Shown: positions 28,358-38,652, counted from the first letter of the stretch. The stretch is DNA of 64,000 nucleotides from Dehalococcoidia bacterium (GCA_030740155.1 JASLXV010000038.1:100956-164955); one strand, 5' to 3'. Numbers and translations: made by a program. The notes: generated by a model not told the origin, from the letters alone.

Positions 28358-29374
28358 TCAAACGTCGATGCGGTAAACGCGAGCGGCGTTGTCGTGGAAC
28401 ATGGCGGCGCGCTCGGCCGGCGAGTAGTCCTTGGACAACCGTTTGAAGGCGTTGTACACCACGTTGTATGAGTACGACACCTTATCGACGGGGAAGTTGC
28501 TTTCGAACATACACCGGCCGGGGCCGAACTGCTCAATGCAGTAGTTCATGAGCGGCGCGAGCGACCCAGCCAGCTCTTCCGACCCCACGGGGATCTCCCG
28601 AGCCGGCCAGTCGAAGCCGTACCGTGCTTGGCCCACGCCGCCCAGCTTGATGACGATGTTGGGACATTTGGCCACGGCGGCCACACCCCGTCGCCATTCG
28701 GCCAGGACTTCGTCGTCGCGGTTGGCGTAGGAGCCGACTCGCACCAGCCCGGCGATATGGTTCAGCACAATGGTGAGTTCGGGTATCGCGTTGGCGAACT
28801 CTGCAAGCTCGCCGAGTTGGGGGAAATACAGGGAGTTTTCCAGCAGGAAGCCCATCTCCGCCAAGACCCGGGCGCCCGCCCGGTAGCCATCGGTGGCCAG
28901 GACGCCCTGTATCTCCCGGACCGCCAATTCCGGGTTGGGGTCCCAGCCCACCGAGTGGCGGACGCCGCGAAAACGGTTGGGGCTGGCCGCCTGGAGCGCC
29001 TCGAGGACCGGGCGCACTCCCTCACCGAGTTTCAAGTCGGCCTTGCCGATGATGGCGGCGGCGGCGCGGACCGGTCCGTGGGCCCCGGTGGCGCATTCAT
29101 CGGCTATTTTCTGCACGAACTCCACCTCGCCCACCGGGCGCAACTCTTCGGGGCCCTCGGTGCGGTACTCGGCCCGAACCTCGATGAATACGGTGGAGCG
29201 GACATTGTGGCCGCTGTTGAGGTCCGCCGCCAGGTCCGCCAGCAGGTACTGCTGATAGGCCAGAGGCTCGGGCCGGTGCACCCACAGGTGGTGGTGGGGG
29301 TCGCAGATCGGAATCTCCGGCTCCAGGGTGGGTTCCGGGGTTAAAGCGAGCCAGTCAGTGCCTTCGAGCGGCAT
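28358..29374 (-). CDS. Amidohydrolase family protein (lactonase-like)
   Basis: ICDPHHHLW, RFRGVRH, VLNH and RCMFESNFPVDK. Confidence 0.9.
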   Translation of the reverse strand: MPLEGTDWLALTPEPTLEPEIPICDPHHHLWVHRPEPLAYQQYLLADLAADLNSGHNVRSTVFIEVRAEYRTEGPEELRPVGEVEFVQKIADECATGAHGPVRAAAAIIGKADLKLGEGVRPVLEALQAASPNRFRGVRHSVGWDPNPELAVREIQGVLATDGYRAGARVLAEMGFLLENSLYFPQLGELAEFANAIPELTIVLNHIAGLVRVGSYANRDDEVLAEWRRGVAAVAKCPNIVIKLGGVGQARYGFDWPAREIPVGSEELAGSLAPLMNYCIEQFGPGRCMFESNFPVDKVSYSYNVVYNAFKRLSKDYSPAERAAMFHDNAARVYRIDV

Positions 29375-29515
29375 GATGGCGCCTCCTCAGCCGTATTTGG
29401 CGGCCCAATCATATCACTGTGGACCGCCGGCGATGACAGGCCACGGTCAAACCTGGTTGGGTCCGGTTCGAGGTTGTTCGAGCGCGTTGGGACCGAAGCT
29501 TCCGGGCGAGGCCCC

Positions 29516-30733
29516 TTACAGCACGCCCGCGGCGGCTAGCCGGGTCAGGTCTTGGAGGGAATATCCCATTGAGTCCACCAGCACCTCGGCGTTGTGCTGG
29601 CCCAGGAGGGGAGCAGGCTTCTCGGGCTCCCACGTGGCATTGGAGAAATGAGCGGCAAAGGTGGGATAGGGGAGCTTCCCGGCCACCGGGTGGTCCAGTT
29701 CGTGGAAGAAGCCCCGGTGCTGGAGCTGCTGGTTGCTGAACAGGTCGGCGGTGGTGTTGACGGGGAAGCAGGGAATATGGTGGGCCTGAGCCGCCAGGTA
29801 CAGATCGTACTTGGTTTGGGTACGGCTCCACTCCGAAACAAGCTGCAATAGCTCCTCGCCGTGCTCAACCCGGTCCTGGCTGGTCCGGAACCGCTCGTCC
29901 TCGGCCCAGGCAGGGTGGCCCATGATCTCCAGCCACTGAGCCCACTGGGCTTCCTCGCGGGTGGAGAGCGCAACATATCCATCCTTGCAGGGGATGATGG
30001 CGGTGCGGAAGCCTCGGCGTGCCCTGGTCCGTTCGGCCAGAGATGGGGTGTCGGAGTAACCCGACTCAGTAATCGACCCGAACAACAACACGCCGGGCAC
30101 CGATTCAAATTCCGAAAGGTCTATGTGGCACCCTTCCCCGGTGCGACGCCTCTGGATAAGGGCGGTGGCGACGGCGGTCAACGCGGAGCAGCCGGCCAGG
30201 AACCCAAGCTGGTGGCCGCCGGGGCGGAGTGGCGCGCTGGGATATTCCAGGCCCGCGCCTTCTCGCATTTGCGTCCCGTAGCCGCCAGCATGGAACAGAG
30301 TCAAGTCCGTGGCCGCCCAATCCCGGCGCGGGCCGGTGGCGCCCCAGGCCGTGATTGAAACCAGAATCAATCCCGGATTGACCTTTCGGAGGACATCGTA
30401 GCCCAGCCCCAGCGAGGGCAGGTAGTCGCTGGGAAAGTTCTCCGCGATCACGTCCGCGGACTCGGCCATTCGGAGAAGAATCTTCCGTCCCTCGGCGGCG
30501 TGCAGATTGAGGGTGATGCCATGCTTGTTGGCATTGAGGGCCAGGAAAAGGCCGGACTTTTCGGGGTGTGGTATGTCGCCGGGAAAGGGTCCCATGGAGC
30601 GGGCCACATCACCGGCGGGAGGCTCAACCTTGATGGTGGATGCCCCCAAGTCGGCTAGGACCCGGGCGCAGTAGGGAGCCGAGATATACTGGCCCAGGTC
30701 GAGAACGGTGACGCCATCAAATAATCCAGGCAT
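29516..30733 (-). CDS. Family-III CoA-transferase subunit (lacks catalytic Asp)
   Basis: APYCARVLADLGA..IKVEPP, LNANK.GITLNL and APLLGQHN. Confidence 0.9.
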   Translation of the reverse strand: MPGLFDGVTVLDLGQYISAPYCARVLADLGASTIKVEPPAGDVARSMGPFPGDIPHPEKSGLFLALNANKHGITLNLHAAEGRKILLRMAESADVIAENFPSDYLPSLGLGYDVLRKVNPGLILVSITAWGATGPRRDWAATDLTLFHAGGYGTQMREGAGLEYPSAPLRPGGHQLGFLAGCSALTAVATALIQRRRTGEGCHIDLSEFESVPGVLLFGSITESGYSDTPSLAERTRARRGFRTAIIPCKDGYVALSTREEAQWAQWLEIMGHPAWAEDERFRTSQDRVEHGEELLQLVSEWSRTQTKYDLYLAAQAHHIPCFPVNTTADLFSNQQLQHRGFFHELDHPVAGKLPYPTFAAHFSNATWEPEKPAPLLGQHNAEVLVDSMGYSLQDLTRLAAAGVL

Positions 30734-30741
30734 TCTTATTC

Positions 30742-31926
30742 CTAGTAGAGGACTTTAGTCTCCACCAGCCGCTCGATATCGGCGCCGGAGAGACCAAGGA
30801 GGTCGCGGGCTACGAATTCGTTGTCCTGCCCCACCCCCGGAGCGGGGAAGAAGCGCCAGGCGGGACCCGATTCCTTCTGCCAGGGAAGACCGGCGACGGG
30901 CCTCAGCTCGCCGTCCTGCTCCACCCATTCGATAAAGCCCCTGGCTTTCAGGTGGTCGTCTTCGGGCAACTGGTCCGCGAACGCGGAGATGCCGGCGGGC
31001 ACCTTCTCCGCCTGGAGAAGCTCCATTACTTCAGTATGGCTGTGCTGTTTGGTCCACGAGGTTATCTCCCGGTCCAGCTCCTCCTGGTGGAGCCACCGGT
31101 CCCGGGTGGTGGCGTAGGCCGGGTCCTCCGCCAGGTCCGGGCGTTCCATCACTCGGCACAGCGCTTCCCACTGGGTGTCGGTTCCCACCGCCACCGCCAC
31201 CCATTCATCGTGGCCGCGGCACTCGTAGGCGGCGTGGGGCGCCATGTACTCGTCCTTGTTGCCCTGGAGCCCCTGCACGCGCCCGTTCATTGCGTAGTCC
31301 ATCAGAGGTTCAGGGATCAGGGCCGTCACGCCCTCGGCCATGGACATGTCCACGTATTGCCCCAGACCCGTCTCCTGGCGGCGGTACAGGCAGGCGAGGA
31401 TGGTAAAGGCCAGCTCCATTCCGATGATGGGGTCCGCCCAGTGAACCGGGACGAAAGGCTCGGCGCCCTCGTAGCCCGTGATGGAACTCAGACCGGTGAA
31501 ACAGCCGATCAAGCTTCCGTAGGCCAACTTGTCCTTGTCTGGGCCCGAGCGGCCCTGGCCGGAGGAGGAGATGTAGATCAGGTCGGGACGCCATTGGCGC
31601 AACTCTTCGTAACCCAGGCCGACCCGGTCCATGGCACCGAAGCCGTAGTTCTCAATGAACACATCGCTGACCGATACCAACTGGCGCGCCAGATCCAGGC
31701 CGTCGGGTTGGGAGATGTTGAAGGTACAGCACCGCTTGTTGAAGTTGAGCCCCGCCCACCCGCCGGGCTTGCGTGCCGTCGGGTCCAGTCGGCGCTGACT
31801 GGTGACCTTGATGACATCGGCCCCCATGGCCCCCAGGTGGCGGGTGCAGGTTGGCCCGGCCATGATCCAGGTGAAATCGGCGATGCGAATCCCTTGCAAC
31901 GGCAGGCCGTTTGCCTCTTGGCTCAT
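30742..31926 (-). CDS. Family-III CoA-transferase subunit (Asp-containing)
   Basis: LQGIRIADFTWIMAGP, GADVIKV and HWADPIIG. Confidence 0.9.
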   Translation of the reverse strand: MSQEANGLPLQGIRIADFTWIMAGPTCTRHLGAMGADVIKVTSQRRLDPTARKPGGWAGLNFNKRCCTFNISQPDGLDLARQLVSVSDVFIENYGFGAMDRVGLGYEELRQWRPDLIYISSSGQGRSGPDKDKLAYGSLIGCFTGLSSITGYEGAEPFVPVHWADPIIGMELAFTILACLYRRQETGLGQYVDMSMAEGVTALIPEPLMDYAMNGRVQGLQGNKDEYMAPHAAYECRGHDEWVAVAVGTDTQWEALCRVMERPDLAEDPAYATTRDRWLHQEELDREITSWTKQHSHTEVMELLQAEKVPAGISAFADQLPEDDHLKARGFIEWVEQDGELRPVAGLPWQKESGPAWRFFPAPGVGQDNEFVARDLLGLSGADIERLVETKVLY

Positions 31927-32167
31927 CGGAATCCCCCATGATGTGTTGACGCTTGTATCGGACCCTCGGTGGTGGTTCCAATTCTAGCGGGCCTGCAGCT
32001 ACGGCGCAAGAAGCCGGCCGAGGGACGAATAACCTCGGCGTAACGAAGAGGCTGTTTGCCTCGCTCGGCGGCGGCGGATCCCTGGGGTTATGCCTTTCAG
32101 GGTGCCTGTGGAGAGCTGGATGGAGGAGCGGGTGGGGGCGACTCAAGCCAGTGTCCGTGGGTCAGGG

Positions 32168-32455
32168 CTACCAGTAGTTGGCCCAATTGTGCTGGTTATA
32201 GAACGTGGCGCTCGTTGAGCGGTCGCGCTGCGAGAGAGGCTTTCCGGCCAGCCAGACTCGCAAAGCCAGTACCAGCTCGCCTATCCGGCCCAGTGGTCCG
32301 CTCCCACCGGTGGTGTTGGGCGGCTCCGTGGCAATCGCCGCCAAGATCTGCTTGCCTTTCTCTGATGGGATGACCTGTTCCCGCGCCGCACTCTCCAGCT
32401 CGCTCGGTTCCTGGCCCGAGACATCTTTCGGGTCCTCAATCGTTGGCATTGCCAT
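32168..32455 (-). CDS. Small hypothetical protein (95 aa)
   Basis: GGAGG RBS upstream of ATG; fills the gap in a co-oriented cassette. Confidence 0.6.
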   Translation of the reverse strand: MAMPTIEDPKDVSGQEPSELESAAREQVIPSEKGKQILAAIATEPPNTTGGSGPLGRIGELVLALRVWLAGKPLSQRDRSTSATFYNQHNWANYW

Positions 32456-32534
32456 GAGGCACCTCCATTAGTGATTCTTTTCACAAGTATAACCCCAAAT
32501 GACAATAATGGATATACCCAAAACTGATATTCCT

Positions 32535-32552
32535 TGGAGTAGGTGTACTCCA
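32535..32552. promoter_or_regulatory. Palindrome TGGAGTA-GGTG-TACTCCA upstream of the 95-aa gene; candidate operator
   Basis: 7-4-7 inverted repeat in an AT-richer intergenic region. Confidence 0.4.
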
Positions 32553-32584
32553 TCAAGCCGGCTGAAGCGAGGTTTCGGCAGAGA

Positions 32585-33892
32585 TTATTGGCTGTAGGAC
32601 CTTCTGACCTTCGCTTCCGGGTGCGCGAGACCCGTCCTCGGTTTTTCTTGGTAGACCGCAGACTGTTTGCCCGGCCTCCGGCGTTGAAGCATCCTTCCAG
32701 CCTCAATCCCCGATACGACGGCGACCCCTGCCAGGATTGCCCAGAAAGCCATCGGCATCCCCACGATCTGGAACGGGAGCGCTGCCAGTACGAATGATGT
32801 GACGGCGCTTGCCCGCATTGGCCCGTGCCAGGTCTTCCCGATCACGTGGCGGAACGGTGCGAGGAGGGCCAGCGCACCCACCGAAAGTGTGTAGGCGACT
32901 GGAATCTGTTGGACGATAGTGATAACCGGGATCGCCGCCAGCGCGATTGCGACCACGGGAAGAGACGATAGAACGATGGCCCAGAAGCGGGACTCCCGCG
33001 GACCGGCGGCTGGCCCAGATGCGATTGCCGTGACAGAGCCGCCAATGGCCGCTGGGTGGCCGCCGCCCAGGGCGTTGATTACCGACGCCGCGCCCGCGGC
33101 AACGCCAAAGAGATTTCCATTGGGAGTATACCCCTCGGACCGGACGATTGCGAGAGATTGGATATTGCCCACCCCTGCGGTGAGTATGAGAATGGGTATC
33201 CCCAGGGCAACGATGGCCGCCAGGCTGAATTCTATCGCGGGCAGGGCAACCGGCGGCAACGACATCGAGTCACCGGCCCCAGGCAGCCCAACGGTTACTA
33301 CCACGCCGAAGAACCCCGTCGCGGCTGCCGTGCCCACGGCTGCCAACTGGCTCCGGGTGATCAACAAGCCGATTGCATACCCGGCAACGACCGGGCCCGC
33401 AGCAGTGAGGTCGGTGACGGCAAACTCGGCAGTCTTGGATAGGAACGCGAGGATGCTTCCGGCAAATACAGCCATGGCAATGGGACTGGGTACCAAACGG
33501 GCGAAAGCGTCGGTGAGCCGGAGAGCAGACAAGGCGACGGCTGCCAGGCCAACCGCTAGATTGGCGCCCAGGATCTGCGGAAGCGTGAAGCCCTCGGCTG
33601 AGCCGGCCAAAAAAATCAACGCCGGAATGGAAAGGTTGATCGAAAGCGGTAGCCGGGTGACCAGGGCGAGGACCAGCGAGAACAGCCCCGTGGTCAGCCA
33701 GGTGATGAAGAACCAGCTACTCGCCTCGCTTCCGGTTAGTCCCAGCTGGGTCAGCACTCCGATTTGAATGGCCAGCCCGCCAAACAGGTAAACCAGGAAC
33801 ACCGATACACCTGCGGAGAGAACGTGGCGGCTGGATCTCAGGCTGAGGAATCCGACGATGGTGCTGGGTCTGGTTAGAGTTGATGTAGCCAT
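32585..33892 (-). CDS. benE: Benzoate/H+ symporter BenE-family transporter
   Basis: About 11-12 TM segments; TRLPLSI..SIP, VP.PIAMA..AG, N..SLAIVRSEGY and GGH.A.I.G..TAI. Confidence 0.8.
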   Translation of the reverse strand: MATSTLTRPSTIVGFLSLRSSRHVLSAGVSVFLVYLFGGLAIQIGVLTQLGLTGSEASSWFFITWLTTGLFSLVLALVTRLPLSINLSIPALIFLAGSAEGFTLPQILGANLAVGLAAVALSALRLTDAFARLVPSPIAMAVFAGSILAFLSKTAEFAVTDLTAAGPVVAGYAIGLLITRSQLAAVGTAAATGFFGVVVTVGLPGAGDSMSLPPVALPAIEFSLAAIVALGIPILILTAGVGNIQSLAIVRSEGYTPNGNLFGVAAGAASVINALGGGHPAAIGGSVTAIASGPAAGPRESRFWAIVLSSLPVVAIALAAIPVITIVQQIPVAYTLSVGALALLAPFRHVIGKTWHGPMRASAVTSFVLAALPFQIVGMPMAFWAILAGVAVVSGIEAGRMLQRRRPGKQSAVYQEKPRTGLAHPEAKVRRSYSQ

Positions 33893-33987
33893 TGAAACCA
33901 CCCCTGTTGGCGACTCTTGGCGGCCAGATTATGGCGGGAATCCCAAGAAGACCGGCCCCTGTTTCTTAAAAGGGATCGGCTCGGGTC

Positions 33988-34254
33988 TTACGATCCAATC
34001 ATGATGCTGTCGATCGACGCCTGCTCCGTGGGCCAGACGTGTTTCGAGTTCCGGCGCGCCACGCCGTGGGGCGGGGAGAAACTCCGCTGGAACGGCTGTA
34101 GCTCCACGGACACTGTCCAAAGGGTCTTCCCGACCCTTCCGAAGAGACCTGCCGCGTTTTGTCCGGCTCGCCCAACGGCTTGGGCCACCTGGTTCCACCC
34201 ATTGTTCTCCGAGTACTGCTCTGCGGGGCGGACTGCTATCGTCGTGGTTGTCAT
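33988..34254 (-). CDS. Small hypothetical protein (88 aa)
   Basis: GGAGG RBS before the ATG at 34254; co-oriented with benE. Confidence 0.55.
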   Translation of the reverse strand: MTTTTIAVRPAEQYSENNGWNQVAQAVGRAGQNAAGLFGRVGKTLWTVSVELQPFQRSFSPPHGVARRNSKHVWPTEQASIDSIMIGS

Positions 34255-34459
34255 GATCCACCTCCATGCGTTTGTCTTGTCCGCATGGTAGCCATCAAGG
34301 ACAACGGCACACATCGTCAGATATGACCGTTTTCGGTGTGGGCAAAATTGGCTACTAACGGGGAACACAGGGAGAGAAATTACTAAAGGCCCAAGGAGGT
34401 CTCGGGAGGGGATGGGAATAAGTTACTAGGCGGGCTCTGGCGGGATTACCAGAGGGACG

Positions 34460-35533
34460 CTACGCCAGTCCGTGCCGCGTGGCATAGACGGCCGCCTCGG
34501 TGCGGTTGGAGGCGATCGTTTTATTGAGGATGCTGGTCACGTGGTTGGCTACCGTCCTGAGGCTGATGACCAGCTCTTCGGCTATCTCCTGGTTGGTCTT
34601 GCCCAGGGAGGCCAGGCGCAGCACCTCCACCTCCCGATGGGTCAGGCCGTCGGGGTAGGTCATGGTTGTATCTTGGGCAGCGGTGACCTGCAGGGTTTCA
34701 TCTTCCACGCCAAGAAACCGGCGCACTTCCGACAGGCAAGCCTGCCACGCCGGCTCGCTCGCCAACAGCAAGTGGTTCAAGCTTTCCAGGGGCACCAGCC
34801 CCGCGTTCGGTATCAGGGCCCCTAGCTGCCGGCCCTGTTCGAAGGGGACCTGGCGGTCATGGCGGCCATGGACAACCAACGTCGGCACGGATACCTCCGA
34901 CACCCGGTCCAGCACGTCTATATTGGCCGTAACCCATTGAATCCTGGCGGCGTTTTCCGGTGAAGTGGAGATCCTCTGTAGATCATTGAACCAACTCGCC
35001 TGTTCGGCGGTGGCCCCAGGCATGAACCGGGATGTGAACATTTGTCGGTAGGCGGGGTCGTCCCGGCCCCAACCGTGTTTGGTTAAGGTAATCCGGGCCT
35101 CGAACTCCTCGATGGGCTCCCCGCGCTTCAGTGAGCCCCTGGAGTACGCTCCGTACAGAATCAGCTTGCTGACCTTGCCCGGGTTTCGCTTCAGGTAGTC
35201 GATGGCTACCGCGCCTCCCTGGGAGATCCCCAACAAGACAAAGTCTTCCAGCTTCAGGGTGCTTACCACGGCCTCCAGGTCCCTGACCCAGGCGTCAAAG
35301 GATAAGTCCTCTACATTCCAGTCCGAGAGGCCGGAGCCGCGCTGGTCGAACCTGACAACGAAGTGGCTTTGAGCCAGCTCTTCCCACCAGTGGCTCCACA
35401 CCGGACTCTGCCATTCAAATTCCAGGTGGGTCAGCCAGTTGGGGGCTTTGACCAGAGGTGGACCCTCGCCAACAGTCGCATAGCAGATGCGCACGCCGTC
35501 TGAAGCTGTACAGAAACCTAACTTCTGCTCCAC
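34460..35533 (-). CDS. Alpha/beta-hydrolase fused to C-terminal LuxR HTH
   Basis: NWLTHLE, FDQRGSG, GISQGG, NHLLL; LTHREVEVL...GKTNQEIA..LVIS.RTV..HV. Confidence 0.92.
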   Translation of the reverse strand: MEQKLGFCTASDGVRICYATVGEGPPLVKAPNWLTHLEFEWQSPVWSHWWEELAQSHFVVRFDQRGSGLSDWNVEDLSFDAWVRDLEAVVSTLKLEDFVLLGISQGGAVAIDYLKRNPGKVSKLILYGAYSRGSLKRGEPIEEFEARITLTKHGWGRDDPAYRQMFTSRFMPGATAEQASWFNDLQRISTSPENAARIQWVTANIDVLDRVSEVSVPTLVVHGRHDRQVPFEQGRQLGALIPNAGLVPLESLNHLLLASEPAWQACLSEVRRFLGVEDETLQVTAAQDTTMTYPDGLTHREVEVLRLASLGKTNQEIAEELVISLRTVANHVTSILNKTIASNRTEAAVYATRHGLA

Positions 35534-35610
35534 GTAGAGGAACTCCCTGCCAAGCGATTCCAGTCAACGGGCGGAGTTTGAACGCGTGGTCCAGTCTATT
35601 GCCAAGGAGT

Positions 35611-35935
35611 CTACCAACGCTACGGAGGGCCGTCAACGATGGCCGTCCCCACCTTCCTCCACGGCATAGAGCCCTGTACCAAGGGGTGAAACTTCGACTC
35701 CAAGTAACCGGAGCGTTGGGGTTGCCGCCCCGTGGAGACGCTTCTGGGTCCGGTGCGAGATCATCCACGGCGAGGTGATCCTCAATGAGGCGTCGCGGGC
35801 CATCGCCCGGGGCAGGCGCAGGCGGAAGCTGGTGGAGGAGTGTCTGACCCGCCGGGGCCGCTTCGCCCACCTGTTCCAGGGCCAGGTGGACGAGAGCCGG
35901 GAGAAGTGGTGGCAACAGGGTTGGTTCCCTTTAGG
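35611..35935 (+). pseudogene. Decayed copy of the 3' end of the oxidoreductase beta-subunit gene (about 15841-16190)
   Basis: Shared blocks such as CGGGCCATCGCCCGGGGCA, CGCTTCGCCCACCT, GGTGGACGAGA and GGGAGAAGTGGTGG, with stops and indels. Confidence 0.85.
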
Positions 35936-35943
35936 CAGGGCGC

Positions 35944-37284
35944 CTAGTCGGCCGGAGCGGCTGCCTGGGGCGGAGTCATCCGGACTTCCGGGGGCAGTGA
36001 GTCTTCCCAGTTGGGAATCAGCAGGCGGTCGTTGGGCTCCATGGACAGCAGGACGCCGGCCCCCCCGAGGCTGGCCAACAACGAGACAACAATAGTGATG
36101 TCGTACGACCCGGATAACGCAAACAGGGCACCGCCGATCCAGCCACCCAGTGCCATACCCATGCCTGCGCCAGCCTGCTGCCAGCCGAAGGAGCGGCCCA
36201 TCGGCCCGCGCCCGAAATATTGGCGGTTGATGATGGGAAACGCCGACCCCTCGCCTCCGTAGCCGATGCCGAAAACAACTGCGAACAGGTAAAATTGCCA
36301 CAGTTCGTGGGTCCAGAACAGCATCAGCAACGGCAACCCTTGAGCGACGAACATGACGGCCATCGTCCGTTTTGCTCCCAGGTATTCGGCGGCCACCGGA
36401 GTCGTGAAGCGGGTTACCACGCTGACTGCCGCCAAGGTGCTGAAGAGTCCGGCGGCCGGCACCGCGTCTATCCCCTCCGCCATCGCGATGGGAATGATAT
36501 AGACGATGACGATGGCGTGTCCCGTGCATCCCAGGAAGTGCACCGACACCAGCTTCCAGAAGGCGCTGGTGCCCTGCATGCTGAGCCGGAAAGCTTTGGA
36601 CCGCAGCCTGTCGGCGACCGGGTCGCGCATTTTCGGGATCGGCTCGGTGGCCGGCGCGCCATAGGGTCGGCAGCCTATATCCGAAGGACGGCTCCGGAAG
36701 AATATCATCAGCGTCAGCATGATGCTGGCGCCGGCCACCCCGAGAATCCAGAAAGCCGCCTTCCATTCCACTGTCGCAATCAGGACGGAGACCAGGATCG
36801 CCAACACCGCCGGTCCCAAGCCGTGGGACGCCTGCAGCAGGCCGATGCCAATCCCCAAACGCTTTCGGAACCAGTAGGTGGCCGCGGTGAGTATCGGTAC
36901 GTTGAAACAGGCCTGGGCTACCCCTAGGCAGATGCCGTAGGATACCCAGATGTGCCAAATGCGGGTGGCGGCGCCGGTGATCATCGCTCCAAAAAAGAAG
37001 AAGAGGATGCCCACCATGATGACTTTGCGGGAGCCGAAGCGGTCGGTGGCCATGCCGCTGATGGGAGCCAGCGAGGCGCCGACCAGGGAGGCTATGGAGT
37101 AGGCCAGCGTGACGGCCGCGGGGCTCCAGCCCATATTATCCTGAAGGGGGACCACCAGGACGCCAAAAGCCTGGCGGATGGAGCCGCCCGCCATATGCAT
37201 CACCGCCGCGATGGCGATGATGATCCAGGCGTAGTGGATGCCCACCTTGAACCCGGTGGGCCGGGAGCCGCGCTTCTTTAGCAT
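35944..37284 (-). CDS. MFS transporter (monocarboxylate/OFA-like)
   Basis: HYAWII, G.ATDRFGSRK, YWFRKRLG.G.G, 12 TM segments and QYFGR. Confidence 0.9.
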   Translation of the reverse strand: MLKKRGSRPTGFKVGIHYAWIIIAIAAVMHMAGGSIRQAFGVLVVPLQDNMGWSPAAVTLAYSIASLVGASLAPISGMATDRFGSRKVIMVGILFFFFGAMITGAATRIWHIWVSYGICLGVAQACFNVPILTAATYWFRKRLGIGIGLLQASHGLGPAVLAILVSVLIATVEWKAAFWILGVAGASIMLTLMIFFRSRPSDIGCRPYGAPATEPIPKMRDPVADRLRSKAFRLSMQGTSAFWKLVSVHFLGCTGHAIVIVYIIPIAMAEGIDAVPAAGLFSTLAAVSVVTRFTTPVAAEYLGAKRTMAVMFVAQGLPLLMLFWTHELWQFYLFAVVFGIGYGGEGSAFPIINRQYFGRGPMGRSFGWQQAGAGMGMALGGWIGGALFALSGSYDITIVVSLLASLGGAGVLLSMEPNDRLLIPNWEDSLPPEVRMTPPQAAAPAD

Positions 37285-37532
37285 CAAATAACGAGCATCA
37301 AATAACGAAAAACCCCAGCCGGTCAATTCTGAACTCGCGGTCCTGGGTTGTCAACACGTATGGTTGGCCCACCGGCGGCACGGCAAGCGCCACCCCGGCC
37401 CCCGAAACTTGCCACCAGCCCAGCTTGGGCGTAGAGTAGGGGCGGTTTTCAGCCTCCACTCCTCGCCTATCTTCATCGGCCCGAAAGGCCAGGAGTGGGG
37501 ATCATACGCCAGCAAGTCAAAAGGAGGTAGAC

Positions 37533-38618
37533 ATGCGCCTGGATCCGATCAACCTCTACGAGTACGAGGCCAGAGCCCAGCAGGTATTGCCTCACAACGC
37601 CTGGGATTTTATCGACGCCGGGGCCATGGACGAGGTCACCACCCGGCGGAACCGGACGGCCTTCGACGCCCTGAGCCTCCGGCCTCGCTTCCTTCGGGAC
37701 GTGAGCAACCGGGACATCTCCACCACCGTCATGGGAGACAAGATCAGCTTGCCCGTGATGCTGGCTCCCTGCGGCTCCCACATGCTGGCCCATCCCGAGG
37801 GCGAGCTGGCCACGGCGCGGGGCGCCGGTATGTCCGACACCACCATGATTCTGAGCACTCCTTCCAACTACACCATCGAGGAAGTGGCCGAAGCCGCCAG
37901 CAACCCCCTGTGGTTCCAGCTTTACCACCGGGGCTTCGACCTTTCCGAAAACCTGGTGCACCGGGCCGAAGAAGCCGGATATACGGTCCTCTGCCTGACC
38001 GTCGACACTCCGGCGTCCAGCCCCAAGGAGCGGGACGTACGCAACCGGTTTGCCCGTGTCGGTGACGAGGCGAATTTTCGTGACCTGGGAGGCAGCGCGA
38101 CCCGGCCGAGGGGAGCGGGACCAAACCGGTCAGGGTCTCTCCCGATGACCTGGAAAGAGCTGGAATGGCTGCGCTCGTTGAGTTCCATGCCCCTGGTGCT
38201 CAAGGGCATACGGACCGCCGAAGATGCCCACCTGGCCGTGGAGCACGGGGTCGACGGCATCTTCGTCTCCAACCACGGCGGCCGCCAGATGGACATGACC
38301 ATGAGCGCCATCGAGACGCTGCCCGAGATCGTTGTCGCGGTGCAGGGGCGGGCCGAGGTCTACCTTGACTCGGGGGTGCGCCGGGGCAGCGATGTCATCA
38401 AAGCCCTGGCTCTGGGCGCCAAGGCCGTGGCCATCGGCCGGCCCTTCTACTGGGGCCTGGCGGTCGACGGCGCCGAAGGGGTCCACGGCGTGCTGGAGAT
38501 TCTACGGGAAGAGATCGACCGGGCCATGGCTTTTTGCGGTCAGACCAACATCCGGGAGCTTGAGTCCGGCTTGGTCAACATTCCCCACGGCTGGGGAGCG
38601 GGAACGACCGCGCCGTAG
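37533..38618 (+). CDS. FMN-dependent alpha-hydroxy acid oxidase/dehydrogenase (glycolate/lactate oxidase family)
   Basis: WFQLY, LTVDTP, LKGI, SNHGGRQMD and DSGVRRGSDVIKALALGA. Confidence 0.95.
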   Translation: MRLDPINLYEYEARAQQVLPHNAWDFIDAGAMDEVTTRRNRTAFDALSLRPRFLRDVSNRDISTTVMGDKISLPVMLAPCGSHMLAHPEGELATARGAGMSDTTMILSTPSNYTIEEVAEAASNPLWFQLYHRGFDLSENLVHRAEEAGYTVLCLTVDTPASSPKERDVRNRFARVGDEANFRDLGGSATRPRGAGPNRSGSLPMTWKELEWLRSLSSMPLVLKGIRTAEDAHLAVEHGVDGIFVSNHGGRQMDMTMSAIETLPEIVVAVQGRAEVYLDSGVRRGSDVIKALALGAKAVAIGRPFYWGLAVDGAEGVHGVLEILREEIDRAMAFCGQTNIRELESGLVNIPHGWGAGTTAP

Positions 38619-38652
38619 CAGCCGGTGTTGCCCGGGCGGTAAGGCATCACCC

